Shown here piece after piece: positions 12,645 to 27,100 of a stretch of 64,000 bases of DNA. Position numbers and translations under genes: made by a program. The stretch's first letter is position 1; every line of letters starts with the position of its first letter. Location: NCBI GenBank assembly GCA_951406725.2, contig OX597827.1:32302001-32366000 (forward strand), written 5' to 3'. The DNA is from Octopus vulgaris (lineage: Eukaryota). Under the pieces are notes generated by a model. The model searched no databases and was not told the origin of the DNA. It saw only the letters and a list, made by a program, of their open reading frames with translations.

Positions 12645-14685
12645 CATGAGAGCAAAGTGCTAGGTCTTAGCAAAATGGTTGGCGCGGGTCGTGGGTGAAC
12701 TTGTTGGCGAGGCGCAAACTTGCGCCATCCCTGAAAGGACCATCCACGACAATCTCCACTTTCTACGCTATGCCTTAGAAAAGGTAAATGGGACTCCTGT
12801 TAAGGGTGGGGCTATGGTCCATTTGGACCAATCGAAAGCTTTCGATAGGGTAGACCATCAGTATCTGGAGGTGGTCCTCGCGGCGGCTGGCTTCGGCCCG
12901 ACCTTCCGCGGATGGATCAACGCTTTATACAGCAACATCGAATCGGTAGTTCGGGTGAACGGTTTCTTTTCGGAGCCGTTCCGCATTGAACGTTCGGTAC
13001 GTCAAGGGTGTCCTCTCTCCCCGCTTCTCTACGTTTTGGCCCTCGAGTCATTGCTGAGGAGGCTGGAAGCTATGAGGGGCGCTCCGCAAGATCTAGGGTG
13101 CGGAAAGTCAGCTTCGGCGGATGCGGACGACATCACCGTCATCGTATCCCGGGTCGAGCACCTACAGTGGGTGGGTGAGACCTTCAGCGATTACGAAGCG
13201 GTGGCAGGAGTGAAAGTCAACCGGGATAAATCGGTCGGCTTGCAACTCGGTACCTGAAGAGGCAAGTCGATGCCTTCCGACAGCGTTGTAGAACGTTGGA
13301 TGGAAGGGTCGGTGAAAATGCTTGGAATCTGGTTAGGTTCAGATCTCCAGATAGAGAAGAATTGGAGTGATGTAGCGAGAAAGGTAGCTCTCCTAACTCA
13401 GACCTGGTCTGAGCGGAAGCTGTCCTTGAAAGGGAGGGCAGAGGTTGCAGAGGTGTTTATCGCCTCTGTAATCACTTACCGCCTGACCGTCGTGCCTTGC
13501 CCCGATTCATAGCTGAACAAGCTGGAACGCATGCTCTTTCGCTTTTTGTGGAGGGGCAGCAGACCTCTTGTAAGGCGCTTTATCTGTTGCCAAAGGCCGC
13601 TGAAGGGTGGGTTAGGGATGCCGTGGCTAAAAGTGCGCAGGCATGCGCTCAGGCTTAGGCACCTCTGGCTTTACCTGGACGGTGAGCAGGTGTGGTCTCC
13701 GTTCGTCAGGCTGTTATTTCCACAGTTCACATCGTTTACCAAACTGAACCCATGGATCAAGTGTAGACCGAGGTTGGACGTGTGGCATGAAGAGTGCCAT
13801 CAGGCACTCGTGCTTCTCTCCCAGTCGGGCAACGCCGGTGGTTGGGTACTACCTCATTCTTCTATAGAGGGTTAGAAGAGTTTAAGTGTGGCGACGTCCT
13901 AGGAGAAACCCTAGGCTTCGACGAACATCAACTGGCCAGCCTGTTCCAAAGAACATTCGGGCCGGGGCCTATGAATAATTAACAAAAGTCCCTGACCAGG
14001 CAATTTTACAGAGGAGCTTTACCGGTTCGAAATAAGCTCTTTAGACATGGGTGTGCACCTTCGTCGGTTTGTGCAAGATGTGAGAGGGACAGTGAAACTG
14101 TCCTGCACGCGATTGTGCAATGCCCCAAGGTGACTGAACTCAGGGCTTATGTCGAACACCTGCTGTCGCATTCAAGAAGAGTACAACTGTCGAGCGAATC
14201 TGTAATCAAGATCGTTCCTCCGACCTCCCTGAATAGGGAGGAGCGAGCCTGTTTTCTCTCGGAAGTAGTATGGAAGACGAGAGTGAAAGGAATTGCAACA
14301 GGCATGTTCATCTCCAGTCTCGAGCTAATCGACTTTTTCGCTTCGCACATGATACGGAAAATAAGGCTGGAGAAGAAATGCCTGTCGCAAAGTGTGTTTC
14401 GTAAAAGATGGAAGTCTATAGCAAGTATGTTGCGAGTGAAAAAACGTGTTTAAACGAGAATATAAAAAAGGAGAAAGCAAAGTCTTCAGTGTGAGTCTGT
14501 GGTTTGTGGAGTCGACCGCGTCTTCCGCTTCATTTTTTGTAAATCACTCATTCTCATTTAATTGTATATATTTTAATTGTTTGTTTATTCATACGTTTCG
14601 CCTCATTCGATACCCTGACCCCAATGTTTGTTTTGTCTGTCCTTGTATCGTCCCCTCCTTTTCTCAACCTTATGGTGAATAAAGA

Positions 14686-14688
<3 letters not shown>
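12645..14688 (+). mobile_element. 5'-truncated Tx1/L1-clade LINE (RT plus zinc finger), pseudogenised
   Basis: LDQSKAFDRVDH, RSVRQGCPLSPLLY, DADD (decayed YADD), LSLKGR, GGLG, CxxC...H...C; ends AATAAAGAAAT then (TC)n. Confidence 0.9.
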
Positions 14689-14751
<63 letters not shown>

Positions 14752-14752
<1 letters not shown>

Positions 14753-15240
14753 TGGTTTACAGGATCATGCTCAAAGTGGGTTTCGTCATTCGCTCGTACC
14801 ATCTTTGCTGCATTCACCGACCTTTTATTGAATCTTTCACGAGACAAAATTTGTTCTCACTTTCCTTTTCAAGTGGTACTTGAAATAGTTGATCAGCGGT
14901 TGGCCAGAGAGGAAAGTGTTTGTCTCTAAACCTTCCGCTCGAGTCCACCACACACATTCTTTCACCATGGCCACCAGTACGATGAACACTGCTTTGCCTT
15001 CCCGGTTAAGGAAAGGTGGCTGAGCAATTTTCACGATAGACTCGGCCGACTAGCGAATTCATCCCACACGTGACAGCAGCCGTTTGGCATAAGCCCACAG
15101 GTCTGATATGGTTGGACACTGCACGAGTGCGTACAGAACGGTTTCGTCGCTCTGACCGCATCTCGGGCAAGTCGGTCCGGTGTGTCTCAAACCGTGCCTG
15201 TTAGAGCTTATCCCGAACAGGTAATGCTTCTCGATAGCAC
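14752..15240 (-). mobile_element. Third Tx1/L1 3' fragment, homologous to 11943-12380
   Basis: CPRCGQSDETVLYALVQCPTISDLWAY and AMVKECVWWTR; lies between (TC)n and (CAGA/TAGA)n. Confidence 0.8.
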
Positions 15241-15257
15241 TAGACAGACAGACAGGC

Positions 15258-15343
<86 letters not shown>

Positions 15344-15560
15344 AATGACATACATACATAGATTGACATATGTGTGTGTATGTGTATGCTTGAATATAAG
15401 CATATGCACACAAACATATACACATATACACATATATAAATATGTATATTGGTATATAGAGATATAAACCAGTATATGCAAACGTACACTTATATATGCA
15501 TATAGTCGTGTTCGCGCGCGCACGTGTACGCAGGTATGTATGCCTGTATATATGCATGTC

Positions 15561-15595
<35 letters not shown>

Positions 15596-15599
<4 letters not shown>

Positions 15600-16700
15600 T
15601 GATGACCTTGCTCCTCTCTGCTGATGACCTTTCACTAATTGCTGAGTCACTATCAGAACTAGAGGAGAAGTTTCAAACCTAACTAAAACCAAAGTCCTAA
15701 TATGTAGGAAGGCAGGCAAACCACAAATCCCTTCAGGTAGATGGCCCTGCTCAATCTGTAGTAGAGGTGTAGGTAGAAACTCTATAAGATGTACCCAGTG
15801 TAAGCTATGGACACATAAGAGGTGCAGCAATATCAAAGGAACGCTAACTGGGAGGATAGTTTTTGTATGTGGCAGATGCTCAGGAGCAATAAACACTGAA
15901 TATGTGCAGAGACCAACTTCCGCCACATTCCAGGGAGAAAAACTAGAAATAGTTGATAGCTTACGTTACCTAGGTGACCAAGTCAGTAGCGGAGGTGGAT
16001 GCGCTGAAAGTGTAGTTGCTAGAATAAGAATAGCCTGGGCAAAGTTCAGAGAGCTCTTACATCTGCTGGCGACAAAGGGCCTCTCGTTCAGAGCAAGAGG
16101 TAGACTGTATGACGCTTGTGTACGAAGATCCATGCTACATGACAGTGAAACACGGGCAGTGGCTGCTGGGGACATGCGTAAGCTCGCAAGGAATGAAGCC
16201 AGTATGCTCCGATGGATGTGTAATGTCAGTGTGCATACCCGACAGAGTGTAGGTACCTTGAGAGAAATGTTGGACCTAAGAAGCATCAGATGTGGTGTGC
16301 AAGAGAGATGACTGCGCTGGTATGGTCATGTGGCGAGAATGGAGGAAGATGGCTGTGTGAAAAAGTGCCACACCCTAGCGGTTGAGGGAACCTGTGGAAG
16401 AGGTAGACCCAGGAAGACCTGGGACGAGGTGGTGAAGCATGACCTTCGAACATTAGGCCTCACTGAAGAAATGACTAGCGACCAAGACTTTTGGAGCGTG
16501 ATCGTTACCAGCGTCGCCTTACTGGCATTTGTGTCCGTGCTAGTAGGGTGCCAAGAGCACAATCCGAGCGTGATCGTTGCCAGAGCAGCAAACGGGCTTC
16601 CGTGCCGATGGCACGTAAAAGGGCACCATTCGAGCGTGATCGTTACCGATGTCGCCTTACTGGCACCTGTGCCGGTGGCATGTGTAAAAAGATTCGAGCG
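15596..16700 (+). mobile_element. 5'-truncated RTE-type LINE with a Cys-rich insert and repeated 3' UTR
   Basis: YADD at the junction, CxxC...CxxCxxWxHxxC segment, FxYLG-like, RIAWAKFREL, LRWYGHV, RGRPRKTW; GAGCGTGATCGTT repeated three times in the tail. Confidence 0.85.
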
Positions 16701-16862
16701 ACAGGTTTCTCTCAGTTTCCGTCTACCAAATCCATTCACAAGGCTTTGGTCGGCCCGATGCTATAGTAAAAGACACTTGCCCAAGGTGCCACACAATGGG
16801 ACTGAACTCGGAATCATTTGGTTGGGAAGCAAGCTTCTTACCACACAGCCACGCCTGCGCCT
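16701..16862 (-). mobile_element. SINE family A, 5' part
   Basis: Homologous to 453-617. Confidence 0.8.
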
Positions 16863-17912
16863 CTATATACCTATTTATTTATTCTCAATACATTCTGGCA
16901 GATTCAAACTTGAATATCTGATCCACGTTGTTTTGCGTCATCAGAGAATACCTCCAACCATCCGAGTATGTGTATTCATAACACATGCGATTCATTCATA
17001 TAAGGGGACTTTGAAACACCAGGGTGCTTCGACCTTACGGTGCGTCTCCTTAGGGAAAGCTGCCTCCAGTCCAATGAATCTAACAAGCATTTTTATATAG
17101 AAATCAGCAGACAAGCTATTTGCTGATGCGTGCTGATGTCTGCCAAACAGATACTTATTCAAGAGGTGATTCAGAAAGAGCACGAATCTAAACAATTGCG
17201 TATCTATTCATTCTTAATACATTATGATAGATTGGAAAGTGTATGTCTGATTGCTATTGTTTTTACGTTAGCGGAAAACATCTCCTTCCGTTACAAGGCG
17301 AATGTTCGTAACACGCGATTCATTGCGGTAAAGCGAATTTGAGACACTGCATGGTTTCGTCGTGTGTCTCCTCAGTGAAATCTAACCCCCCCCCACCTCC
17401 GTCCAATGAAATATAGCAACTGTGTAGGTTCTTCGGCGAAAATATCGTGTGTTTGTTCAGAATACCTTATGCACAATACCTTGCATAGAATACAGAGAGA
17501 GACAAAAAAAATCGTACTTCATATTTTTTTCCTAACATAATCCGGCTGTTCGGTCTTAATTTAATTCGCCAGCTTAATTTAATTCGTCCTAAGTCGAAAG
17601 ACACCTGTTGTTATGTCCTATTATGTGTATTTGTGTAACATTTCTGTGTTGTTTTTCGTCCTTGTTTTCGTATACATTCACTGCTTTCTTCCAAGGAATG
17701 TAATGCTCTTATTTTTCCTTGGGGCTGGCCAGATTGGAGCAATCTCGAGTATAAAGCCGAAATTGCAAAGATAATCTGGAACTCGGCTGAGGATAGAAAA
17801 CTCCGAATGATCCGTCCTTGTTTTCCTTGTATCGTCTGTCTGGATATTTTGTTTTCCTTTCTTTGTTTCACTTAACTGTCTGAATGTTTTGCGTTCTTGT
17901 CCCATTTTTGTA

Positions 17913-17977
<65 letters not shown>

Positions 17978-18556
17978 TATGTATGTATGTATGTATGTAT
18001 GTATATAAGGTGTTGATTTAAAAAATCTATCGATATATTATGTAGAAGAGTACAGTCAATATGTGTGTGTGTGTGTGTGCGTGTGTATTTATGAATACAT
18101 ACACTTCCATGGATTCAATAGCAGAGCCCTGACTATCGTCGAGAACATCAGATGATGTCATCACGTTTCCATCAAAGAACTACGTGCTCGCACGCATCGG
18201 CCCGCAGCCTCCCACTTCATAGGTATCCATCGCATGTGCTGGTACAAACATATCCTCCTCCTCCAGCTTGATCCTCCTACAACGGCTTTACTCTCATTCG
18301 AAGCAGCAGCTGCAGGTTGAAAGAGATCATGTGGGCAAGCTCCCCAACAGATGGCTGGACGTGACTGGGGGAAATTTCAGAGGCTCGACGTTACGTTCGA
18401 TGATACAGAGGGGCTGGTCAGGGTTGGGGACCACTGGTGAACGTGGTTAGCTCAATGCATAATGACATCTCTGGGACCACTAACATGAGATGATCCCAGC
18501 CCCATCATTCAAGAGCATGAAATAAGCAAGCAAGCATTCATTAATTCATTATCTTC

Positions 18557-18604
<48 letters not shown>

Positions 18605-18688
18605 CATACATACATACATACATACATACATACATACATACATACATACATACATACATACATAATACATATATATGTTACATATATA

Positions 18689-18743
<55 letters not shown>

Positions 18744-19203
18744 AGATAAATGGATAGATATGTGGATATAGACAAAGATATGTATATATGCATGCGTATA
18801 TGTGTGTGCATCTTTAGGTGCGCATGTCTAATTCTTTTATTCTTTTATTCGTTCCAACCATGCGGCTGCACACACACACACACACGCACACACACACATA
18901 CACATTATCATTATGTATATGTACATATTTGTGTATGTGAATGAGAACATCTTTCAGGTAAGATTTCTCATTAACAACACTAGCTACTTCACGTACGCCT
19001 GTGAACAAAATAAAAGAAAAATAAACCGTTTCTTAGTATGTATTGTTAAATTACCCTCGGGTGGAAACGGTTTCTCAATGCATTTGTTTTTATTTATTTA
19101 TTTATTTTGTAGTTTCTGTAAATGAATATACTTCATAAGACTGCTTACAGCTGTTATCAACAAAGATAGATAGCTAGATAGATAGATAAGCAGACAGACA
19201 GAT

Positions 19204-19293
<90 letters not shown>

Positions 19294-19380
19294 ACAGACA
19301 GACAGATAGATATCATACATACATACATACATACATACATACATACATACATACATACATACATACATACATGCATAAGA

Positions 19381-20770
19381 CACATCATTGATGGTGATAT
19401 TCTTGCAACTGCGATCCAGAAACTCCGGGATGGAGAAGCACTTGGAAGAGACTTGATTGTTGAATATTGGTACAAGTAGCTACCCTTCTACCGATCATGT
19501 CTTAACAATCTGTACCGGCAAATTTTCAATGGGAACAGGAGCATAATACCACACTGGTTAGCTCTGGCAGAAACAAAATTGATTCCTAAATGCAGAACCA
19601 CCCATATGGCAAAGAACTACCGGCCAATTGCATGCCTGAACTTAATGTATAAGATATATACAGCATACTTAAACCTCTTCCTCCAGGACTATTGTGAAAA
19701 CAATATCATGACAGCAGAACAAGCAACTGGGAAGAAGGGGGTTTGGGGATGTACCAAGCAATTGTTAATCAACAAACTGTGATGCCAGGGGTGCGAGAGC
19801 ATAGGAGGAACCTAGTTTCAATGTGGCCAGACTACAAGAAAGCCTTTGACTCTGTTCCCCACTCATGGATGCTTGAAGGCCTTCAAATTGCTAAAGTTCC
19901 AGTGAGAATAGTCAAAGCCGTAGCTGACCTGTCTTCATCGTGGGCCACCGTCTTGAAATTAAACACAAAGAGTGACTGTATTATCACCGATAGAATACAG
20001 TATGGCAAAGGCTTATTCCAAGGGGACAGCCTCTCTTTGATGTTGTTTATACCTTCTGCAAACCCCTTGTCATTCATGTTAAGAAAGTCTGAAGGATATC
20101 TCACTGGTTCACAAGGAAACAGAAATACCAAAATTACACACTGTTTCTTTGTGGATGACTTGAAACTATATGCTGAGAATATGCACGAGATGAAAACGAG
20201 CCTTGTCCTAGATACAAGATTCTCTTCAGAGTATGTAGGGTTGGAATTTGGTCAGGATAAATGTTATATGGTTGTGAAAAGGAGGAAAACACGTGTCACT
20301 AAAGGATACTACAGCCGAATAAAACAAATCTGGACCTCAGAACTCACTGCTTCGATAAAACAGTGGCCTACAATGTGTTTTCAGTGCCAGTACTCATACC
20401 AACATTTGAACTGCTTGATTGGATGTCTGATGAAATCCAAGCCATTAATGTGAAAACCCGAAAATTACTAATAAGCGCATAATTTCCACAAACAGTGGCG
20501 TAGGCCACCTCTACCTAAAACGAAGACAAGGCAGCAGAGGCTTAACAAAAAGCCTTTGAATGTCGCATCATGTCCCTTCGGCAACATTAATCTACAGGTA
20601 CTCCATCCAGATTACAAATTCAGGTTTATACCTGTAATCATTGGAGCCCTGGGATATGTAACACACTGCCTAAATACAAATCTTGAGAATTTAAGCTTCT
20701 CAAAACCAGAAAGGAAAAAGCTAATTCGAAGACTACAGATCCAGTCCGTCAATTCGAAGACTACAGATCC
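19381..20770 (+). mobile_element. Decayed Dong/R4-type (RLE) LINE fragment
   Basis: NYRPIACLN, DYKKAFDSVPHSW, GLFQGDSLS, FVDDLKLY, PVIIGALG; internal deletions; 20-bp duplication at 20723-20742 and 20751-20770. Confidence 0.8.
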
Positions 20771-21165
20771 GATCATTCAATTGTCCCGCAATGCCCAAGG
20801 CATCTCCCCGGAAAATGTTCATTCAGAAAATCACGAACCTGTAATGCATAATGGGGCTGAGCCCCATTCTGGTGAAACGAGACAGGATTTCCCCTTCCAA
20901 GTGAATGCACGTGAGGCATCATCTTGTTGCTAGGCATGTCCACATACGAATCAGCTGTCATAAAGCCCTCAAAATAAAATGGTCCAATTACTTGATTATG
21001 CCAAATCCTACACTACGCCATTATCTTGCCCCCACCTTGTTTATTTTCTGCCTCCAACCAATGAGGACGGATTTCTGAGTAATATCGGCATCTGTGAAAA
21101 GAGATTTAAAAAATGAGAATGTTGGCACGTTCACATATTGCATGAGTTTGTGGCCACCCTGTATA
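20771..21165 (-). mobile_element. Tc1/mariner-superfamily transposase fragment with one TIR
   Basis: HQNGAQPHYALQVRDFLNEHFPGR (QDGAPPH-type motif); TA-CAGGGTGGCCAC terminus. Confidence 0.7.
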
Positions 21166-21464
21166 TTAACAGTTCTACCAGAAAAGTGATTGTGAGATTA
21201 GAACCATCGAACTTTCATCTTCCAGTAAGACACCTGACCGACTAAGCCAAGTTCAGATTCCTAATTTTATCTTTTGTTTCCGAAAACATAACTTAATAAT
21301 TTAATTATTTTTGTTTATCATTATTAAATTTTACATTGATTTCATTTGATAATCTGACAAGATTTATGAAATAACTTCCTAATCACATCAATTAAACAAA
21401 CACAATTATGGTCACTTATATGCACATACGCACATATATACTTATATACCTATACATACAAACT

Positions 21465-21497
<33 letters not shown>

Positions 21498-21816
21498 ACA
21501 CAAATATATGTGTATGTATGTAGGTATTTGTATGTATACATCCATATATGTGTGTGTGCGTGTGTGTGTATGCAAGTACAAATATATACACATATGTATA
21601 TTCATAAGTACATGCATACACACACACACACAACACGTTCATATGCATACGTACATATACGCAAAATTTGTTTGCAGTAAACGTTATATAAACAGACATA
21701 TATGCCTGTGTATAAACAAGCAACCGTGTGTGTGTGCGAGTAAATATATATGTATATGAACACGTGTATATATATGCATACATATATATTTGTGTGTAGA
21801 TGTGTGTGTGTGTATG

Positions 21817-21867
<51 letters not shown>

Positions 21868-21917
21868 AACTATTGAATTTCTAAATCTCTCGTAGAGACA
21901 TGTACGGTGGTGGGGCG

Positions 21918-22186
21918 ATAGAATGGTTGTATACTGTCAATCTAACAAGAACGTGACAGTAGGGGGTACACCACCGCTGTATAGCCCTAGGAAGCATCGA
22001 ACGCCTCCTGATGGCTTTGACACATTTTTCGGCAGCCGGGGGTGTTTGTCTCCCCTTCGTATATGTATATAAGGACACAGGGGAAAATGTGTCAAAGCCA
22101 TCAGGAGGCGTTCGATGCTTCCTAGGGCTATACAGCGGTAGTGTACCCCCTACTGTCACGTTCTTGTTAGATTGACAGTATACAAC

Positions 22187-22194
<8 letters not shown>
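21918..22194. repeat. Foldback element, family F copy 2
   Basis: Near-perfect arms of about 110 bp around a spacer of about 55 bp. Confidence 0.9.
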
Positions 22195-22235
<41 letters not shown>

Positions 22236-22390
22236 CGTGGCTGTGTGGTAAGAAGCCTGCTTCCAACCGCATGGTTTTGAGTTCAGTCCCACCGCATGGG
22301 ACCTTGAGCAAGGGTCTTCTGCTATAGCTTCGGGCCGACCAAAGCGTTGTGAATGGAACTGATACACATAAACTAAAAAAAAGCCCGTCG
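22236..22390 (+). mobile_element. SINE family A, 5' part
   Basis: GTGGCTGTGTGGTAAG...GTTCAGTCCC...ACCTTGAGCAAG. Confidence 0.75.
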
Positions 22391-22464
22391 TATATATATA
22401 TAAGAGAATATAAGGACGAAAATCACGTTAATGATTTTTATCATGTAGTCAGCATGCTATAAAC

Positions 22465-22784
22465 ATTATGTCAAGGTAGATTGGGCGAAAATGACCTCCA
22501 GCATGCTTGAAGTGCCAATACCTTAAAAAACTCCTCAAAACTCCAGCTAAAATCTACCCGTGGCTTCGAGCGGGCTAGTGAGAGAAAATTACAATCACGT
22601 TGATTGTGAATTAGTTCCATATAAAAGCAAAAAATAAGCTTTTTCCCTTCGTCAATACAATGCACAGTGGTGCGGGGTAATTGTACATACCGTCCAAAGC
22701 AAGTTTTTGGTAGTTTTTTCAAGGTATTGGCACTTCAAGCATACTGGAGGCAGGTCATTTTCGCCCTGTCTCCCTTGATATAAT
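22465..22784. repeat. MITE-like element with inverted arms of about 75 bp
   Basis: GGGCGAAAATGACCT...CTTGAAGTGCCAATACCTT pairs with AAGGTATTGGCACTTCAAG...AGGTCATTTTCGCCC. Confidence 0.8.
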
Positions 22785-22809
22785 TGTATATATAAATATA
22801 TATATATAT

Positions 22810-22862
22810 ATGGCGGTGCCCCAGTATGGCCACAACTCGTGAGCTGAAACTAGATAAAATAA
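22810..22862 (+). mobile_element. Isolated 3' tail of the CR1/L2-group LINE within (AT)n
   Basis: Matches 54056-54105. Confidence 0.8.
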
Positions 22863-22891
22863 ATAAATAAACAAATATATATATATATATT

Positions 22892-22958
<67 letters not shown>

Positions 22959-23139
22959 GTGTGCATATATTTGTTTATTTATTTATTTAAATGTGAGTGT
23001 CTTTGTGTCTGCCTCTGCGTTTCCCCCACCGTCTTTTGACAACCAACGTTGGTGTGCTTACGTCCCTGTAACTTAGCATTTTGGCTTACAATATACATTT
23101 ATATATACATACATACATGCATACATAAATTCACATATA

Positions 23140-23183
<44 letters not shown>

Positions 23184-23383
23184 TATATACGCACTTTATG
23201 TATGTTGTTACGTCATGAGAATTCGTAAACTTTCGAGAGAACGTAAAATGATGCTGGGTTTTTTTTTTAGAGCAGTAGATCTCGAAGCACATAACGCTAT
23301 AAACAATAACTTGTAAATATTTGGTTTCAAAACCCTTTTGGATAGAAGCCGAAGATTTACACACACACTCACACACATATATA

Positions 23384-23448
<65 letters not shown>

Positions 23449-24009
23449 AAAGTTTCAGAATTAGAATCAGAAACGAAATAGAGGAACAAACGTAAAATTC
23501 ACACAAAAGACAAGACGTTGTCAATCCTCATTAGTTATCTTCCAAAGGATCCTTACAAGTTCACGGTTTTTAACGATAATATTGTTCACTTTTGGTGGTG
23601 TCGGCAGCGAGAAGCTGCCGGGAATAGCGAACGAACAAGGGACAGTAACGAAAACAAACACGACAAATGTGAACATAGGAACAAAATAACATAAATATAT
23701 ATTACGCAAGCAAAATAAAGCCTTGCGGCTTGAAGACGAGATGGGTATATGGATAACGCGAGGACAATGTCTTGTAGGAATGGAAACGATTTTTTTAAAA
23801 AAGCCAAAAACGAACGGTGAAGAAACAAACGGTGTTGAAAGTAGAGGAGGAGAGAGAAATGCGATCAGGCGAGAGAAAAGGAATGGAGAATAAAGATAAG
23901 AATAACCACGCGTCATGTAACAGTGGCATGACAGAGAAAAGGTGGTAGCGGGCAGAGGTACAGAAAGCAGTGCAGCGGAAAGTGGGTGAGAGAGGGAAAG
24001 AAAGAGAGA

Positions 24010-24047
<38 letters not shown>

Positions 24048-24111
24048 GACGTTGAATAAAAAAAATATTCGACTGAACAGTTGAAAAATAAGAAGCATGC
24101 ATAGCGATACA

Positions 24112-27100
24112 TCTCTATAGAATGTGTGTCTATTTGTCTGTCTGTCTGTATGTTTCCCTAAAACTTGAGAACTACACAACCAATTTCATTCGAATTTTAC
24201 ACATGCCTTAATTAAGGTCCGGGGAGTGTCATCGGCAAAAAAATCTTAACTTTTTCCCTAGGGCGACCCCACAGCAATATCATATCTTCTCCACTATTTC
24301 AGTATTACGTGTTAAAAGTGAAACAAAAACATCTCTTTTGTAATACAGATACTTTCACTTTAATACTGAAACTATTAAAGTGAAAGTATTATATAACAGG
24401 GATGAACTATTAACAATGGTCATCCATTTTGCTAGAAGAAGATCCGCTATGGTCTTATATGCTACACCACTGGTTTTCAATTCATATTAATCAAATTAAT
24501 ATTCAATTTTTCACCCTTATTATGTGCGTGTGTATTAGCAATTCGTATAAAATTGCATCAATGACTTGAACTTGAATAAGTGGTTTCACATAAATGGAGA
24601 TAAATTAAAAAGGTTTGTTGTTATTACTATTACTGTTTGACTATTATAATCACGTTTGTTGGTTCCTCGTAAGGGAAACGTTGTTGTGTTGCATTTGTTA
24701 AATAATTGTAAACCGTAACCCTCCCCCTTTCGGAGAAGGGGCTTTGGTTATTGTTTAAAAATTGGATTGTGTCCCTGTTTGGGGAAATTGACAATATTTT
24801 CACCGTCTTTACGGAAGCATTTTTGTTAAAATGCCTTCGATAGAAGAAAGTCCAAAAATGATTTTCGCTGCAGCCGTACACTTCTATACAAGAGGGAGGA
24901 CAAGATCCAATTGATCGAAATTGCAAGAGACGGGCCTACAATTCCTGTCTGTTATATATTTTGAGTATTATTATCACTAGCGATATCAAGATATAACTTT
25001 GTATTTTGTATTTTATGTGTAGATGTATATATATATAGATGTACATGTAATATGTACACATATATATACACATATATACATGAATAATATATCTACCCAT
25101 ACACACATACACACACACACACATACATAGGGGCAGGTGTGGCTGTGTGGTAACAAACTACGTTCCAAACACATGGTCCTGGGTTCAGTCCCACTGTGTG
25201 GTGACTTAGCATGTGTCTTCTGCTGTAACCAACAAAAGCCTTCTCAGTGGATTCTGTACATATATACAGGCACACATACATATATATACTTGCATACGTA
25301 CATATTCGGCATAAACACTCTACCACTACAACTAATAACTGTTGGGAACACTTTCAAACCTGCCTTACATTCGAACCGAAATCTCAACGCCCGAGTTTTC
25401 CATCTGAAGTTAATCTCTCTCATGGAGCTCATACAAAAAGGGCAAGTCTTTGGGCCCATACAATGTGACATGTACACAATCGAGTGGCAAAAAAGGGGCC
25501 TTCCACATGCTCATATCCTGCTTTGGCTCTCAGCGAAGATCAATTCCAATGACATCGACAAGATAATCTCTTCAGAGCTTCCTGATCCAGCTTTAGACAA
25601 AGAACTATACGAAATAGTTAAAGCAAACATGGTCCATGTGGGCGTGGATTCAACATAAACACACCATGCTTGAAGGACAGCATATGTTTAAAAAGATTTC
25701 CAAGGAGGTTCCTACAAGAAACTCAGGCAGGTGCTGATGGGTATCCATCATACAGACGCAGAAAACCAGAAGACGGAGGTTACACAGCAACTATCGGACA
25801 GCACGATATTGATAATAGATGGATTGTTCCATACTGCCCACTCCTGTAAAAGACTTTCTATGCCCACATCAACATTGAGTTTTGCAACTCCGTTAAATCC
25901 ATCAAGTACGTTTGCAAATATGTAAACAAGGGTTCTGACGCTGCAATGTTTGGACTTCAACAAGAATACTGCCAGGATTAGGTGACGCATTATCAGGTGG
26001 GACGGTACATAAGTAGCAACGAGGCTTTCTGGCGCATCTTTGGCTCCAATTCACCAACGACACCCCGCCATTCAACAGCTTGCAGTGCACCTGGAATATG
26101 GTCAAAGAGTGTACTTCACCGATGCTAATGCTTCTCTGTTGGCAGAGGAACCAAGGGATAGCACACTCACTGCATTCTTCAAGCTTTGTCAAGTGGATCC
26201 ATTCGCTCAAACCTTGCTGTATCCACAGATTCCATCGTACTACACTTGGAATGGAAAATAAATGGGCCCCACGGAAAGCAGGTCAAAATGTTCATGGATA
26301 CCCTGGCATTAAGTTTCACACTTGCCTTGGGCGAGTATACACAATGCATCCCACTCAACAAGAGTGCTTCTACCTTCGTCTACTACTGCATGAGGTCAGA
26401 GGATCAACGTCTTTCAGGCGCTAAAAACCGTTCATGGACATGTCTGCACAACATACAGAGAAGCCTGCTATCGACAAGGTCTGTTAGAAGATGGTGCACA
26501 ATGGGATGCAACTTTAGGAGAGGCTGCTTTATCACAATCACCTAAAAGTCTCAGGGCACTATTTGCAGTATTACTACAGTCTGTTGATACAATTCCAGAT
26601 ACAAATGAAGTTGTGAACTATCCTCCTGAATTTCTCAATTCACTGGAGCCTCCTGGACTACCACCACACATATTAGCACTTAAAGTTGGAACTCCTGTAA
26701 TGCTACTCCGCAATCTGGAACCACCAAGATTTTGCAATGGAACACGATTGGTGATAAAGAAAATGATGTCACACGTTATCGAGGCGATCATTCTTTCTGG
26801 ATGTGGAAAAGGTGATGACGTCTTTATTCCAAGAATTCCTCTTACTCCATCAGGAGCAGAAATTCCATTTACATTCGGAAGACTGCAATTCCCCCTTCGT
26901 GTCAGCTTTGCCATGTCCATTAACAAATCTCAGGGTCAAACCCTCTCTGTAGCTGGTCTTCTCTTGGAAGAGCCCTGCTTCTCACATGGGCAACTGTATG
27001 TTGGCTGCTCAAGAGTAGGAACCAAAAGAAACCGTTTTGTATATGCTCCACAAGGAAAAACAAAGAACATTGTTTACAACGAGGTGTTATAATCTCAACT

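Noticed and set aside
16330-17100. 256-aa ORF as a host gene
   Set aside because: Chance read-through of an RTE C-terminus, its 3' repeats and an antisense SINE.
17780-17815. CGG-CTGAGGA...CGAA-TGAT-CCG hammerhead candidate
   Set aside because: Core incomplete and stem II poor.
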